The notes beneath the pieces were generated by a model. The model was not told where the DNA came from and did not search any database. It worked only from the letters and a program-made list of their open reading frames with translations. Shown piece by piece: positions 26,402 through 34,768 of a stretch of 64,000 bases of DNA. The stretch is from an uncultured Bacteroidota bacterium (GTDB lineage: Bacteria; Bacteroidota; Ignavibacteria; UBA10030). A program made the translations under genes and the position numbers. The stretch lies in assembly GCA_963739335.1 (NCBI GenBank), contig CAVUAC010000063.1, positions 36,672 to 100,671 on the forward strand. The letters are read 5' to 3'. Each line of letters opens with the position of its first letter. Positions within the stretch are counted from its first letter, which is position 1.

Positions 26402-27631
26402 ATGACTATGATACCAATGACTAATGACATTGCCAGAGGCTGGGCGGGTGAGCAATTGATCGCTCGGTTTTTCGACTCAAAGTTCTCAAAGTTCTTCTCA
26501 TTCCCTAATCCCAAGAGTAAGTCGAAGGCTCAAGTGGCAGATGTTCTCGTCTGGATGAACAGGATAGTCTTTCTTATCGAAGTCAAGACTCGAGATAAGG
26601 GTACTGCTTCAATCGATTCTTGGGCTGGCAACAGAATCGAGCGAGGAATTGAACAAATTACCACGAACTTCAATCGTATCAAGCGAAACGAGAGGATATT
26701 GTTACACAATCGGTACTACCACACCGACCTTGATTGCCTCGGAGTTGCGACCGTCGTTGGTTTGATCATTCTCGTTCACGAGGAGGACTGCAAGATTCCA
26801 CCTTCTTCAGTCGCCCCCGACATCTACAAACAGCCCTTGGCGATCCACGTTTTCTCTTGGTCAGACCTTATGCAAATGACTGCCGAGATTGATACAGTTG
26901 CTGACCTACACTACTACTTGACAGACCGTTTCCAGTACTTGAGTTCGGCTGACATTCCGCTAGGAAGCGAACAAAATGTGCTTGGATATTACAGGATGCA
27001 ATCGAACAAGTTTCCGCCCGCTCCTGTCGATTTTGCCGTTTCAAACTACTGGCACCAGTACCAAGTGGAAATGGCAGACCGAATCCTTGCCCGTAACACA
27101 CACAACGAATACTCGTTCTGGCTCAACAAACTGGAATCTGCGTACTCAGATCAGCGGAAGCTCTTCTCCGGCTATCCTCTTGGGCTGTATATGGTTTGGG
27201 AAATAGGTGCAATAAGCCGCAGGGAGCGTGCCTATCTAGGCGAAAAAATCTCATCCGTGCGTAAATGGTTCGAGGCTGGTAACTCTACAAGGAGGTTTGC
27301 TTGGCTCAACCAATCAACTGGCAACTGGCTTGTTTTCTATTTCTCCAAGAGCGAGCCGAAGTTCTTGGAGCGTGAACTGTATCGGCTTGTCGAACTTAAA
27401 CTGATCAAAGAAGTTCACGACGACGCGTTTGACTTCGGTGCATATGGTTTTGGTTTTCAAGTGTCTCTAACGTTTCCGCCTCGCCTTCTTGGATTAGGAG
27501 CCACAATCATAATGGGAGCCGACCTTGTCAAAGGAAAGTACACGCAGGCTGATGTTGATGAATCTCGTATCCACTTCGGCCACAAAGACGACATCCAGAA
27601 AATGAGAATAGAGGAGTTTCCAAGTGAGTAA
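26402..27631 (+). CDS. Cassette protein: NERD / PD-(D/E)xK nuclease-like N-terminal domain plus C-terminal extension
   Basis: GWAGEQLIARFF...QVADVLVWMNRIVFLIEVKTRD matches the D...E-x-K pattern of NERD-type nuclease folds. Confidence 0.6.
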   Translation: MTMIPMTNDIARGWAGEQLIARFFDSKFSKFFSFPNPKSKSKAQVADVLVWMNRIVFLIEVKTRDKGTASIDSWAGNRIERGIEQITTNFNRIKRNERILLHNRYYHTDLDCLGVATVVGLIILVHEEDCKIPPSSVAPDIYKQPLAIHVFSWSDLMQMTAEIDTVADLHYYLTDRFQYLSSADIPLGSEQNVLGYYRMQSNKFPPAPVDFAVSNYWHQYQVEMADRILARNTHNEYSFWLNKLESAYSDQRKLFSGYPLGLYMVWEIGAISRRERAYLGEKISSVRKWFEAGNSTRRFAWLNQSTGNWLVFYFSKSEPKFLERELYRLVELKLIKEVHDDAFDFGAYGFGFQVSLTFPPRLLGLGATIIMGADLVKGKYTQADVDESRIHFGHKDDIQKMRIEEFPSE

Positions 27632-27644
27632 CTTTGCAGGTGCA

Positions 27645-27805
27645 CTGCGCATATCAAACGGCACGCCAGCGCTCGCTCACTGGATAGGCGATGCTAAAAC
27701 GAAGATTGGCTAAATGAAAAGAGCTCGCTCAATGCTGTTGCTCACACATTAGTAGATAGAAGGAGTTCGCAACGGCACTGCGACGCGCCTAAACTGCTTG
27801 CGCCA
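27645..27805 (+). repeat. attC-type site 6 of array 1 (arms less complementary)
   Basis: gcgCATATC-aaacg-GCACGCC ... GCTCGCTCAATGCTGTTGCTCACAC ... GCAACGGCACTGCGACGCGCC-taaactg-CTTGCGC. Confidence 0.5.
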
Positions 27806-27855
27806 CGCATCCTCACAGGAGTTTTTGAGCTACCAATCAACTAGGAGATCAGCAG

Positions 27856-28992
27856 ATGCCCGGAAGACTTCCTGCCCCTCGAGCGGGCGGTTCTCAGTTA
27901 GTCATAAAAGTCAGACCCGTCGACTTTTCATTTTGGTCAACCGCTAGACAAAGACACGGTCACGCTGCGCTACAGTCGCAGGTCTTTGCAAATGATCCCT
28001 GGAACGTCATTGAGTCAGCGATCAACTCACGCTGCGTGAGCGCTCGCAGAACTGCCGCAATAGCGTTTCTTGAGCAGGCGAAAGACTTCTACGAAGCCGC
28101 TGCGTCATCCAGACTGACCACTTCGAAACCTCTACTTTCGTACTACGCGATGCTCAATATCGCAAAGGCCTTCATTCTAAGCTTTGGGGCTCATTCGAAT
28201 CTTGATTCATTGAGGCATGGGCTTTCTGAGGCAAATGCTAGAAATCCAAGGTTGACCACTCATACCGTAGACGCACACGCGTCGACACCGGCGAGCCTTA
28301 ATGCATTTGCCGAGTTTCATCTGGTAGTGTGTGGTCACCCCTTGGCCCGTACCATTCCAATTCCCATAACACAGCTTTATGCCCAATCAATCCTTGGTCA
28401 TCGACTTTGGAGCACGGCGACAGGGCGAAGGGAACGTTTCATCCATATTCCACGCATCTACTATAATCACGATCATATAGCAAGGCATCTCTGGCTAACA
28501 CTTTTCTTCTACGCTGATGACTTACAGAGAATGTCAATCGGTCACACTCAGCTCCTGAACGATGCGCGCCTATCAAGAGACTTCCGGCAAGTCGTCACTG
28601 ATGAAAGCGAGAATAACCGGCGGCTTATTTGCTTCGAACAACGAACTCCTATCAACTTGACCAGTTTTCCATCGGACAGTCTAGACACTCTCAACGGAAT
28701 ACTAAAGAACAACCTCTGGACAATATTGCTATCGTCTCCACCATACCGAAGATTTTATGCCTATGCCGCCGCGGCAGGTGAAATTGTCCTACACCAGCTT
28801 CTGTCAACCTACGCTCTAGCATACTATTTTGGATCCGTAACTAGATATCGACCTCATCAATTTCAATTAATGCTCGAATCACGATATGGCTCTTTCATTC
28901 GGGAGTTCGTCGATCATCAGATTCTTCAATTCATTTATCTGCTTGCTGCGCACTTTGACAGGCGAGACGTGGTGAAACCAGCCGTAATCTGA
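27856..28992 (+). CDS. Cassette protein, YaaC-like
   Basis: AGGAG precedes the ATG. FLEQAKDFYEAAASSRLTTSKPLLSYYAMLNIAKAFIL resembles the YaaC family signature. Confidence 0.5.
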   Translation: MPGRLPAPRAGGSQLVIKVRPVDFSFWSTARQRHGHAALQSQVFANDPWNVIESAINSRCVSARRTAAIAFLEQAKDFYEAAASSRLTTSKPLLSYYAMLNIAKAFILSFGAHSNLDSLRHGLSEANARNPRLTTHTVDAHASTPASLNAFAEFHLVVCGHPLARTIPIPITQLYAQSILGHRLWSTATGRRERFIHIPRIYYNHDHIARHLWLTLFFYADDLQRMSIGHTQLLNDARLSRDFRQVVTDESENNRRLICFEQRTPINLTSFPSDSLDTLNGILKNNLWTILLSSPPYRRFYAYAAAAGEIVLHQLLSTYALAYYFGSVTRYRPHQFQLMLESRYGSFIREFVDHQILQFIYLLAAHFDRRDVVKPAVI

Positions 28993-29037
28993 AAACTCAC
29001 AATGGAAGTTTCTGACTCTGCTAAACGTGCGGCTGCG

Positions 29038-29133
29038 CGGTGCATAACACGCCGCACTACTACGCACGCAAAATAGCATCACCAAGCTCTTGGGTTCGCA
29101 ACGGCGCAGCGGTTTGCTGCAGACCTTAGGTGA
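29038..29133 (+). repeat. attC-type site 7 of array 1 (short, ~95 bp)
   Basis: gtGCATAAC-acgcc-GCAC ... GCAACGGCGCAGCGGTTTGC-tgcagac-CTTAGGT. Confidence 0.55.
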
Positions 29134-29161
29134 AACAGTGGCCAGCTAGGAAGGAGTGAAA

Positions 29162-30190
29162 ATGGATCTCTATCAGATACTTGAAACCATTGGAAAGATC
29201 ACGCTGGGTGTTGGCTGTTTTGGCCTTGTTGCTTGGATTATCAAATTGCTTACCCAAGTGAATAAGAACCAAAAAGAATACATCTCTCTGCTTGAGAAGG
29301 AGTTTCAAGAAAGAGAGAAAACCAGAGAACAAAGAATCGCCAGCATGATAGATATTCACAAACAGGAAGTTAATCTGCTGGAACGCAAACACGAACTATT
29401 GGTTGCTTCCATTGAGTTGGAAAAGAGGACAATTGAACAAAGGTATGAGATGCGTGTAGGGAAGGACACAAAGATACCAAATTACTCGACAACTGGCCTG
29501 ACATCTCTTGCTCTTGACAAACTTGATGACAAAGAAGAATGGAAAAGACTTTCAGATTACCTCTCACATAACATCAAACAAATACTTATCCCCATTCTTC
29601 AGCAGGTGTCTGAACTAAGGGAGATTGGTAAACCTGATGCCACGAGGATTGAACATCTATATGACTACATACATGATCTGAATGAGCAATCGAACCTACT
29701 CACTATCTTCTCAGGAGAGACTCTCACAAAGAACACTCAGATTGACTTGATGGAAGTGTTTAAGAAAGTTGACACCACAATAACGCGTGGAGCTCTTAAA
29801 ATGGTTTTTTCTCCACCTGGGATAACGAGGGTGATGGTGTTGGCCGAAGAAGCAATGCTCTACTACGCCTTGTCCGAAACACTGGAAAATGCAAGAATAC
29901 ATGGAGCTGATTCCAAGGTGTATGTCACAATCACAAGGGACTCTGGTCTTGTTCGTGTAGAAATCAAGAACGTGGCAAGCAGTTGTGTACCAGACCTGGC
30001 GCCAATGAGAGGATATGGTTTGCTGATGTTGCGAAAAACAATTGAGGCAATGCAGGGTGAAATGTCCTACGAAGCCAGAGAGGAAGATGGTCAACCGTTT
30101 TTTGCGGTCAAGGTTAGTCTAGTGGCCGCTGCTTCGCCTGATAGCAGCAACAGCGACGCTCACTCATCTGGTAAGGTTCATGACGAATAG
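29162..30190 (+). CDS. Cassette protein: TM-anchored histidine-kinase-like (H-box plus GHKL ATPase) protein
   Basis: GGAAGGAG precedes ATG 29162. The TM is ITLGVGCFGLVAWIIKLL. It has an H-box-like LSHNIKQIL and the ATPase motifs LENARIHG...GYGLLMLRKTIEAMQG. Confidence 0.6.
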   Translation: MDLYQILETIGKITLGVGCFGLVAWIIKLLTQVNKNQKEYISLLEKEFQEREKTREQRIASMIDIHKQEVNLLERKHELLVASIELEKRTIEQRYEMRVGKDTKIPNYSTTGLTSLALDKLDDKEEWKRLSDYLSHNIKQILIPILQQVSELREIGKPDATRIEHLYDYIHDLNEQSNLLTIFSGETLTKNTQIDLMEVFKKVDTTITRGALKMVFSPPGITRVMVLAEEAMLYYALSETLENARIHGADSKVYVTITRDSGLVRVEIKNVASSCVPDLAPMRGYGLLMLRKTIEAMQGEMSYEAREEDGQPFFAVKVSLVAAASPDSSNSDAHSSGKVHDE

Positions 30191-30194
30191 AGTG

Positions 30195-30343
30195 CACTCA
30201 ACGCCGTTGCTCATCCCGATGCGACCAAAATCGCATCGGGGCAACGGCACTGCCCGCCTTCGCTTGCGCTACGGCGGGTAAACAAACCCGCCTACACTAG
30301 CGTTATGGTGGGCAGGCGGTTTGCCTAAACTGCTTGCGGGCGC
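30195..30343 (+). repeat. attC-type site 8 of array 1 (no clear 5' core)
   Basis: It has the hairpin GCCGTTGCtcatCCCGATGCGA...TCGCATCGGGGCAACGGC, then CGGTTTGC-ctaaactg-CTTGCGG. Confidence 0.5.
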
Positions 30344-30379
30344 ATGGAATAAAATACAACGAAAATTTGGAGGGATAGC

Positions 30380-31210
30380 ATGAATCTGGTACTCTCTGCC
30401 AACTCGATGTCGTTTGTCTGTCCGAAGTGCAAGCGTCCACTTCGCTCAGTGGACAACTCTCTCTACTGCAGCGAATGTGACCGGACGTATCCCATCACCA
30501 GCGGCATCCCAGACTTTATTGCAGGAGATTCGCAGGCCAGCCTCGCCCCTGTCTTACGTATCGCCAAGGTTATGGACTTTCTGGCCCCCATTTACGAATC
30601 CCGGTTCTGGCAGCAACTTAACCTTAAACTGGCTGGTGCTCGCGGCAGTTCGCTTCGCAGTATCGCGAGTTTCCATTCTCAGACCTTGGAGGGCGTAACT
30701 GGGTCTGTGCTGGATGTGGCATGCGGACCAGCGACCTACGGACGCCGTATCGCATCCGCATCTAGAAGCGTTTATGGCATTGACATCTCAATGGGCATAC
30801 TACGGAAAGGTATGACCTATGTAGCACGAGCCCGCATGTCAGGTGTTTATCTCGCGCGAGCCCGCGTAGAGGAACTGCCATTTGGCAACGCCGTCTTCGA
30901 CGGGGCAATTTGCTCCGGATCTCTCCACCTCTTCCCCGATACAGTGCTCTCTCTGCGCGAAATCGCGCGAACTATGAAAACGGGTGCACCTCTATCGGTT
31001 CAGACTTTCATTGCGGGAAATACAATAGTGAATCGTTTGTTGAAGAAACAGTCCTGGGTTCATAATTTCGAACTTGTTGAATTGCAGCAATATCTGACCG
31101 AGGCTGGTTTTCAGGGATTCCGGTGGAAACTTGATGGCCCCATTGTCATAACTTTCTGTGCACGCAAAGCCGTGTCTGATCAACAGATGTGCATCGTGCT
31201 GGCACATTGA
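30380..31210 (+). CDS. Class I SAM-dependent methyltransferase with N-terminal Trm112-like zinc ribbon
   Basis: The ribbon is CPKCKRPL...CSECDRTYPITSGIPDFI. VLDVACGPATYG is motif I. It also has FDGAICSGSLHLF. GGAGGG precedes the ATG. Confidence 0.8.
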   Translation: MNLVLSANSMSFVCPKCKRPLRSVDNSLYCSECDRTYPITSGIPDFIAGDSQASLAPVLRIAKVMDFLAPIYESRFWQQLNLKLAGARGSSLRSIASFHSQTLEGVTGSVLDVACGPATYGRRIASASRSVYGIDISMGILRKGMTYVARARMSGVYLARARVEELPFGNAVFDGAICSGSLHLFPDTVLSLREIARTMKTGAPLSVQTFIAGNTIVNRLLKKQSWVHNFELVELQQYLTEAGFQGFRWKLDGPIVITFCARKAVSDQQMCIVLAH

Positions 31211-31262
31211 AGTTAGCGGCGAAAATACTACATCTAACAGAACCTTTATAAAAGGTCGGAGT

Positions 31263-31290
31263 CCCCGCAAAGAGCGTGCGGGGTTTCGTC
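31263..31290 (+). terminator. Possible rho-independent terminator closing array 1
   Basis: CCCCGCA-aagagcg-TGCGGGG followed by TTTCGTC, a weak T tract. Confidence 0.4.
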
Positions 31291-31427
31291 CCGGTGACTT
31301 TCATCGGGACTCAACAAGAGAAAACTCTTCCCCCCGATTGCTGCGATGAGCACGATACACTCACCTTCTATCAGAGCATGGAAATAGAGACATACGCTTC
31401 GCTGAACGACAAAAAAACCATGATACG

Positions 31428-31667
31428 ATGAAAAAGAAGAACAGGCAGCCATTGAGTGCTCGCGAGACTGAGGTCCTCTACTACATTGCCCACGGTTGGA
31501 CAGCGCCGCAGATTGGTAAGAAGTTAGGCATTACTTGGCGCACAGTAGGGACTCACGTCAAAACGATCATGCGGAAGCGTAGGATTAGGTCTCGTGCAGG
31601 CTTGGCAATTGAGTGGTTGCGTCTGAGCGGGAGAAAGTCTATTCCACCACGTAAGGACTTCAGGTGA
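31428..31667 (+). CDS. LuxR/FixJ-type HTH protein (stand-alone, 79 aa)
   Basis: LSARETEVLYYIAHGWTAPQIGKKLGITWRTVGTHVKTIMRK is a GerE-type HTH. Confidence 0.8.
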   Translation: MKKKNRQPLSARETEVLYYIAHGWTAPQIGKKLGITWRTVGTHVKTIMRKRRIRSRAGLAIEWLRLSGRKSIPPRKDFR

Positions 31668-31692
31668 AAAAGCGCTCGGGAGAGAGGAGGGT

Positions 31693-32664
31693 TCACCTTC
31701 GGCGGAACGCGCGGTCGCTGATGCCCAGGAGTTGTGCAGCCCTGGTTTGATGACCTGCATTTTTCGCTAGAGCCCGCTGGATTATCCCTTCCTCAATGAC
31801 AGACAGAGACTCGCGTAAGGAAAATTCGCTTCCCTCTTCGATCATTAGCATCATTTTCATCAGTTCGATTTTTTCCTGCTCCTGGATGGATTCTTGAAGG
31901 CTGGGCAGCAGTATGCTGCGAACATAGGCCTTGAGCTGGATGACGTTTTGTTCCCATCGTTGATGCTGCAGTAGTCTAATGAGCGCTGCATCGATCTTCC
32001 CGCTGCTTTTTATGTTGCGTGTCACCTGGGCCCGTTCCGGCTGCGGTAGGTCCCATCCGTCAGGTAACTGATTCAAAAAATGGTGGACAAGGAGTGGTAT
32101 GTCTTGCTTCCGTTTGCGCAGGGGTGGGACGGAGACCTTTACGCATTCTCTAAGCCTGAGGAAGAGAGGCTCGATTATTCTCCCCTTGCGGTAGAAGCTC
32201 TGCAATGGTTGTTTGAGGGTGAAGATGGTTCTGGCGAGAACGGGATTCACCGTGTCTGATCCGAGTCTAGTGATCTTCTTCTTTGTCAATGCTTCGGCTA
32301 GCCTCTCCTGCAGGAATGGATTTGCGTGGTCGATGTGCTTGAGTAGTACCGTCGAAGTAGCTTCGAGGCAACTGCGTCGAGTGGTAGTGAGGTCCGGCGG
32401 GCCACCACCTAGTAGTGCTACCCGCTGCTCTCGTTCGCTCAAGATGCTGAAGTTGACTGAACCTAGCTCTAATGACTTCCGCGGGCTACGGGCATGGATA
32501 GCTTTGGCTAGCAACGTTTTGCCGACACCGGTTTCTCCGATAATTACGAGGGGCTCAGTATCGGCGGAGAGGTGCTGGATTCTCGCCTTGAGCCTTGTGA
32601 TCGAAGGGCTGCGCCCTATGATTTGGATGGAATCCAGAATCCCGGTCCTGGGGTGAGAGACCAA
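31693..32664 (-). CDS. NtrC-family AAA+ enhancer-binding-type regulator lacking a receiver domain, with Fis-type HTH
   Basis: IIGRSPSITRLKARI...LVIIGETGVGKTLLAKAIH and C-terminal AGHQTRAAQLLGISDRAFRRR. The GAFTGA loop is not evident (reads LLGGGPPDLTT). Confidence 0.75.
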   Translation of the reverse strand: MVSHPRTGILDSIQIIGRSPSITRLKARIQHLSADTEPLVIIGETGVGKTLLAKAIHARSPRKSLELGSVNFSILSEREQRVALLGGGPPDLTTTRRSCLEATSTVLLKHIDHANPFLQERLAEALTKKKITRLGSDTVNPVLARTIFTLKQPLQSFYRKGRIIEPLFLRLRECVKVSVPPLRKRKQDIPLLVHHFLNQLPDGWDLPQPERAQVTRNIKSSGKIDAALIRLLQHQRWEQNVIQLKAYVRSILLPSLQESIQEQEKIELMKMMLMIEEGSEFSLRESLSVIEEGIIQRALAKNAGHQTRAAQLLGISDRAFRRR

Positions 32665-32715
32665 ACTGAGGTGCGTAACTTGGGCCGCCTGGGAGAGAGG
32701 GTCCTTGCGGCTGGA

Positions 32716-32749
32716 GGTCTCTTGGACTCTATGGGTCTCTAGGACTCGG
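32716..32749. promoter_or_regulatory. Tandem 16-nt boxes GGTCTCTTGGACTCTA / GGTCTCTAGGACTCGG upstream of the EBP gene
   Basis: The same pair of boxes recurs at 34101-34132. Both loci lie 50-100 nt upstream of a minus-strand start codon. Confidence 0.55.
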
Positions 32750-33082
32750 AAACTAGACTATTTGGATGGAGCTAGGTCGCGGGAAGAGGCGCGATGCAGG
32801 ACTACTTAGATGTCAGGTGTTGAGGTGATGAGAGGATCAGTAATGGAGATCGATTGGTTTGGTCTCTGAAGGTCACGTTGGTGCTTTGCTGAAGGTGCGC
32901 TTCCTTTTACAGAGTGCGTGCGGCAAGATAATGAACAGGCGAATCAGAAAGCAAAGGGAATCGATTGGCGGTTTGAGTGGGGACAAAGGGCGAGAGTCCG
33001 CCGGGGAACCAGAAGATTACTGCGCTGACCATTCGACATTGAGCTGATGATAATACCGACGGGCGAGCGCACCTTTGGGTGT

Positions 33083-33340
33083 CCATTTTCTTTTTGCTCG
33101 CCAAAGAGAAATCTCGGCACTTTAGATCTCGACCCTTACGGGTTGTTACCTTTTTGCTTGTCCAAAAAGGTAACCGAAAAAGGACACGGAAATCGTAACC
33201 CGCGTGATAGAGCTGCCCACGCACAAGCCGAAGATTTCGGCCTTATAGAGTTCTGCAATCGATGAAGTGTCAGCAATCGACCGAAATCTAAACGCACCTG
33301 ACTGAACCGCCATCCCACACCGCCGACGATTTCCGGGGCA
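33083..33340. repeat. Structured intergenic element, family 1, copy d (diverged)
   Basis: CGACCCTTACGGGTTG; hairpin TTACCTTTTTG-cttgtc-CAAAAAGGTAA; P1 CGGAAATCGT...ACGATTTCCG; P2 AGATTTCGG...CCGAAATCT. Both helices carry compensatory changes relative to copies b and c. Confidence 0.7.
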
Positions 33341-33517
33341 ATGGGCGAGTTTTGCGCAGTGGAGTAGAAAACGACCCAGGTAACAGAAACCACCAGCGTG
33401 GGTGGGAGATGAATTTGAGTATCACAATGCAAAGCGATTTGTCGCAAAATGCAAAAGGCAATTCATTGCTTTTCCCCTGTTGCCGGTCTACCTTTCCGGA
33501 CAACGCATGGGGGAAGA

Positions 33518-33721
33518 ATGAATGGACACACGAGACCTCTGAGTTTCTTCTCGGTCGAGGTCAGGCTGGAAGCCCGCTACAAGTTGCTCGTCGCTGCTCA
33601 GAGCGAACAGGAAGCGATCAACGCGGCATTCTCTGAAGATTTGCCTGCGCAAAGTCTTGAGGATTTTGAGAGAGAGCTTGTTAGGGTCGTGGAGATGAAA
33701 GAGCGGGTTTATGTGTCGTGA
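33518..33721 (+). CDS. Small DpnD/PcfM-like protein (67 aa)
   Basis: FFSVEVRLEARYKLLVAAQSEQEAINAAFSEDLPAQSLEDFERELVRVVE. It is a paralogue of 43118..43342. Confidence 0.5.
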   Translation: MNGHTRPLSFFSVEVRLEARYKLLVAAQSEQEAINAAFSEDLPAQSLEDFERELVRVVEMKERVYVS

Positions 33722-33789
33722 GTTCGCCTGGGGATCGTATGCAGGTGCTGATCATCCGTTGATTCGCGCGGTCTATCTCTAGAAAATGC

Positions 33790-34035
33790 TCAGGGTTCTG
33801 CGACCTCGAGGAGGAGTTCTATCGTCGGCGGAGAGACATTCGTATTGATGCGAACCACTTCTCTCTGATCGCCCTTTAGCTTCTTCGTCTGGATTGTTAC
33901 AACGCCGCCATCAAGAACAGCCCGGATATTCCCATAGTTATTGAGCAAGACCTCCCTCGATTTCTTTGAGATTGGGATGGGGGTTTCAAAAGGGATCCGG
34001 GTTCGTTTGAAGTCCTTCGTCGAGTCCATATTCAA
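33790..34035 (-). CDS. Hypothetical small protein (81 aa)
   Basis: ORF preceded by the GGTCTCT boxes. No domain recognised. Confidence 0.4.
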   Translation of the reverse strand: MNMDSTKDFKRTRIPFETPIPISKKSREVLLNNYGNIRAVLDGGVVTIQTKKLKGDQREVVRINTNVSPPTIELLLEVAEP

Positions 34036-34100
34036 TCCGAGATGTGATTGAAAAGAAAAAGACCTAAGCCGTCGGCCTGGATGCTGACCGATGGGGCTGA

Positions 34101-34132
34101 GGTCTCTGGACTCGGAGGTCTCTTGGACTCTA
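34101..34132. promoter_or_regulatory. Second copy of the tandem GGTCTCT(N)GGACTC boxes
   Basis: GGTCTCTGGACTCGG-a-GGTCTCTTGGACTCTA, 63-97 nt upstream of the start at 34035. Confidence 0.55.
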
Positions 34133-34768
34133 GGATAAGGTGTTTAAAACTGTGTGAATATAGTCATCAAAGAAAAGAGAAACAACCGGGTGAGGTGGGG
34201 ATCAGAGCGGGCCCCCTCTCCAATCAGCGCTTCGAGCTTCTGGATGAGCCGATTGTTCTGTTCCATGGCGCGTTGGTCAATGGGGAATCTGTATCCCCAA
34301 TATTTCAAATCAAGACACTACGAGAAACATCCTCGTTCTTGGCGACTCGGTTTTTGATTTCTTCTTCGGCTTCTCGGCAATCCGAACACAACCACAGCTC
34401 TTTGCTGTTTGATACTTGACATGACGGGCATTCACTGAAAACAGTTTTCCGCCAACCAGGCATTTACAATCCGCTACAGGTTTGCGAGGTTGGGATTTCC
34501 TTTCACTGGACTTCTTGATCTGAAGAAGGCCATCGACCGAGGCTACCCCAATCTGATCTCATTGAATCAAGGCTGGCATTACTCGGTGGTCTGCGGATAC
34601 TCCAATTCGCACCTCTTCGTTATGAACTCATCTTTGAATATATGGGTGATGGGGAGTGTCCGGTGCCGTGCGCCGAAAAAGGAGTTCAATGAAGTTTGGG
34701 ACCGGGGGGTGGTTATTTGCTGAACGATTGGAAAGCGGCTGAGCATGTAGCAGTTTTTTCTTGTGCAG

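Noticed and set aside
31211-31427. A ninth attC site after the methyltransferase cassette
   Set aside because: No GCATAAC/GTTATGC or CGGCAAACCG/CGGTTTGCC boxes are present. Only two ordinary hairpins are seen (CCCCGCA..TGCGGGG and TCCCGGTGA..TCATCGGGA). The methyltransferase may therefore be backbone rather than a cassette.
34048-34768. Candidate genes in the 730-bp stretch between the 81-aa ORF and the NurA gene: track ORFs 34048..34419(+) and 34490..34723(+), plus minus-strand fragments
   Set aside because: There are only fragmentary signals. One is a GWHYSVVCGY papain/C39-like C-terminal piece. The other is minus-strand MobC/RHH-like pieces (..EAEEEIKNRVAKNEDVSRSVLI.., ..MEQNNRLIQKLEALIGEG..) broken across frames. 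These are probably gene remnants and are too weak to annotate. My hand count of frames near 34675-34683 also did not reconcile cleanly with the track.
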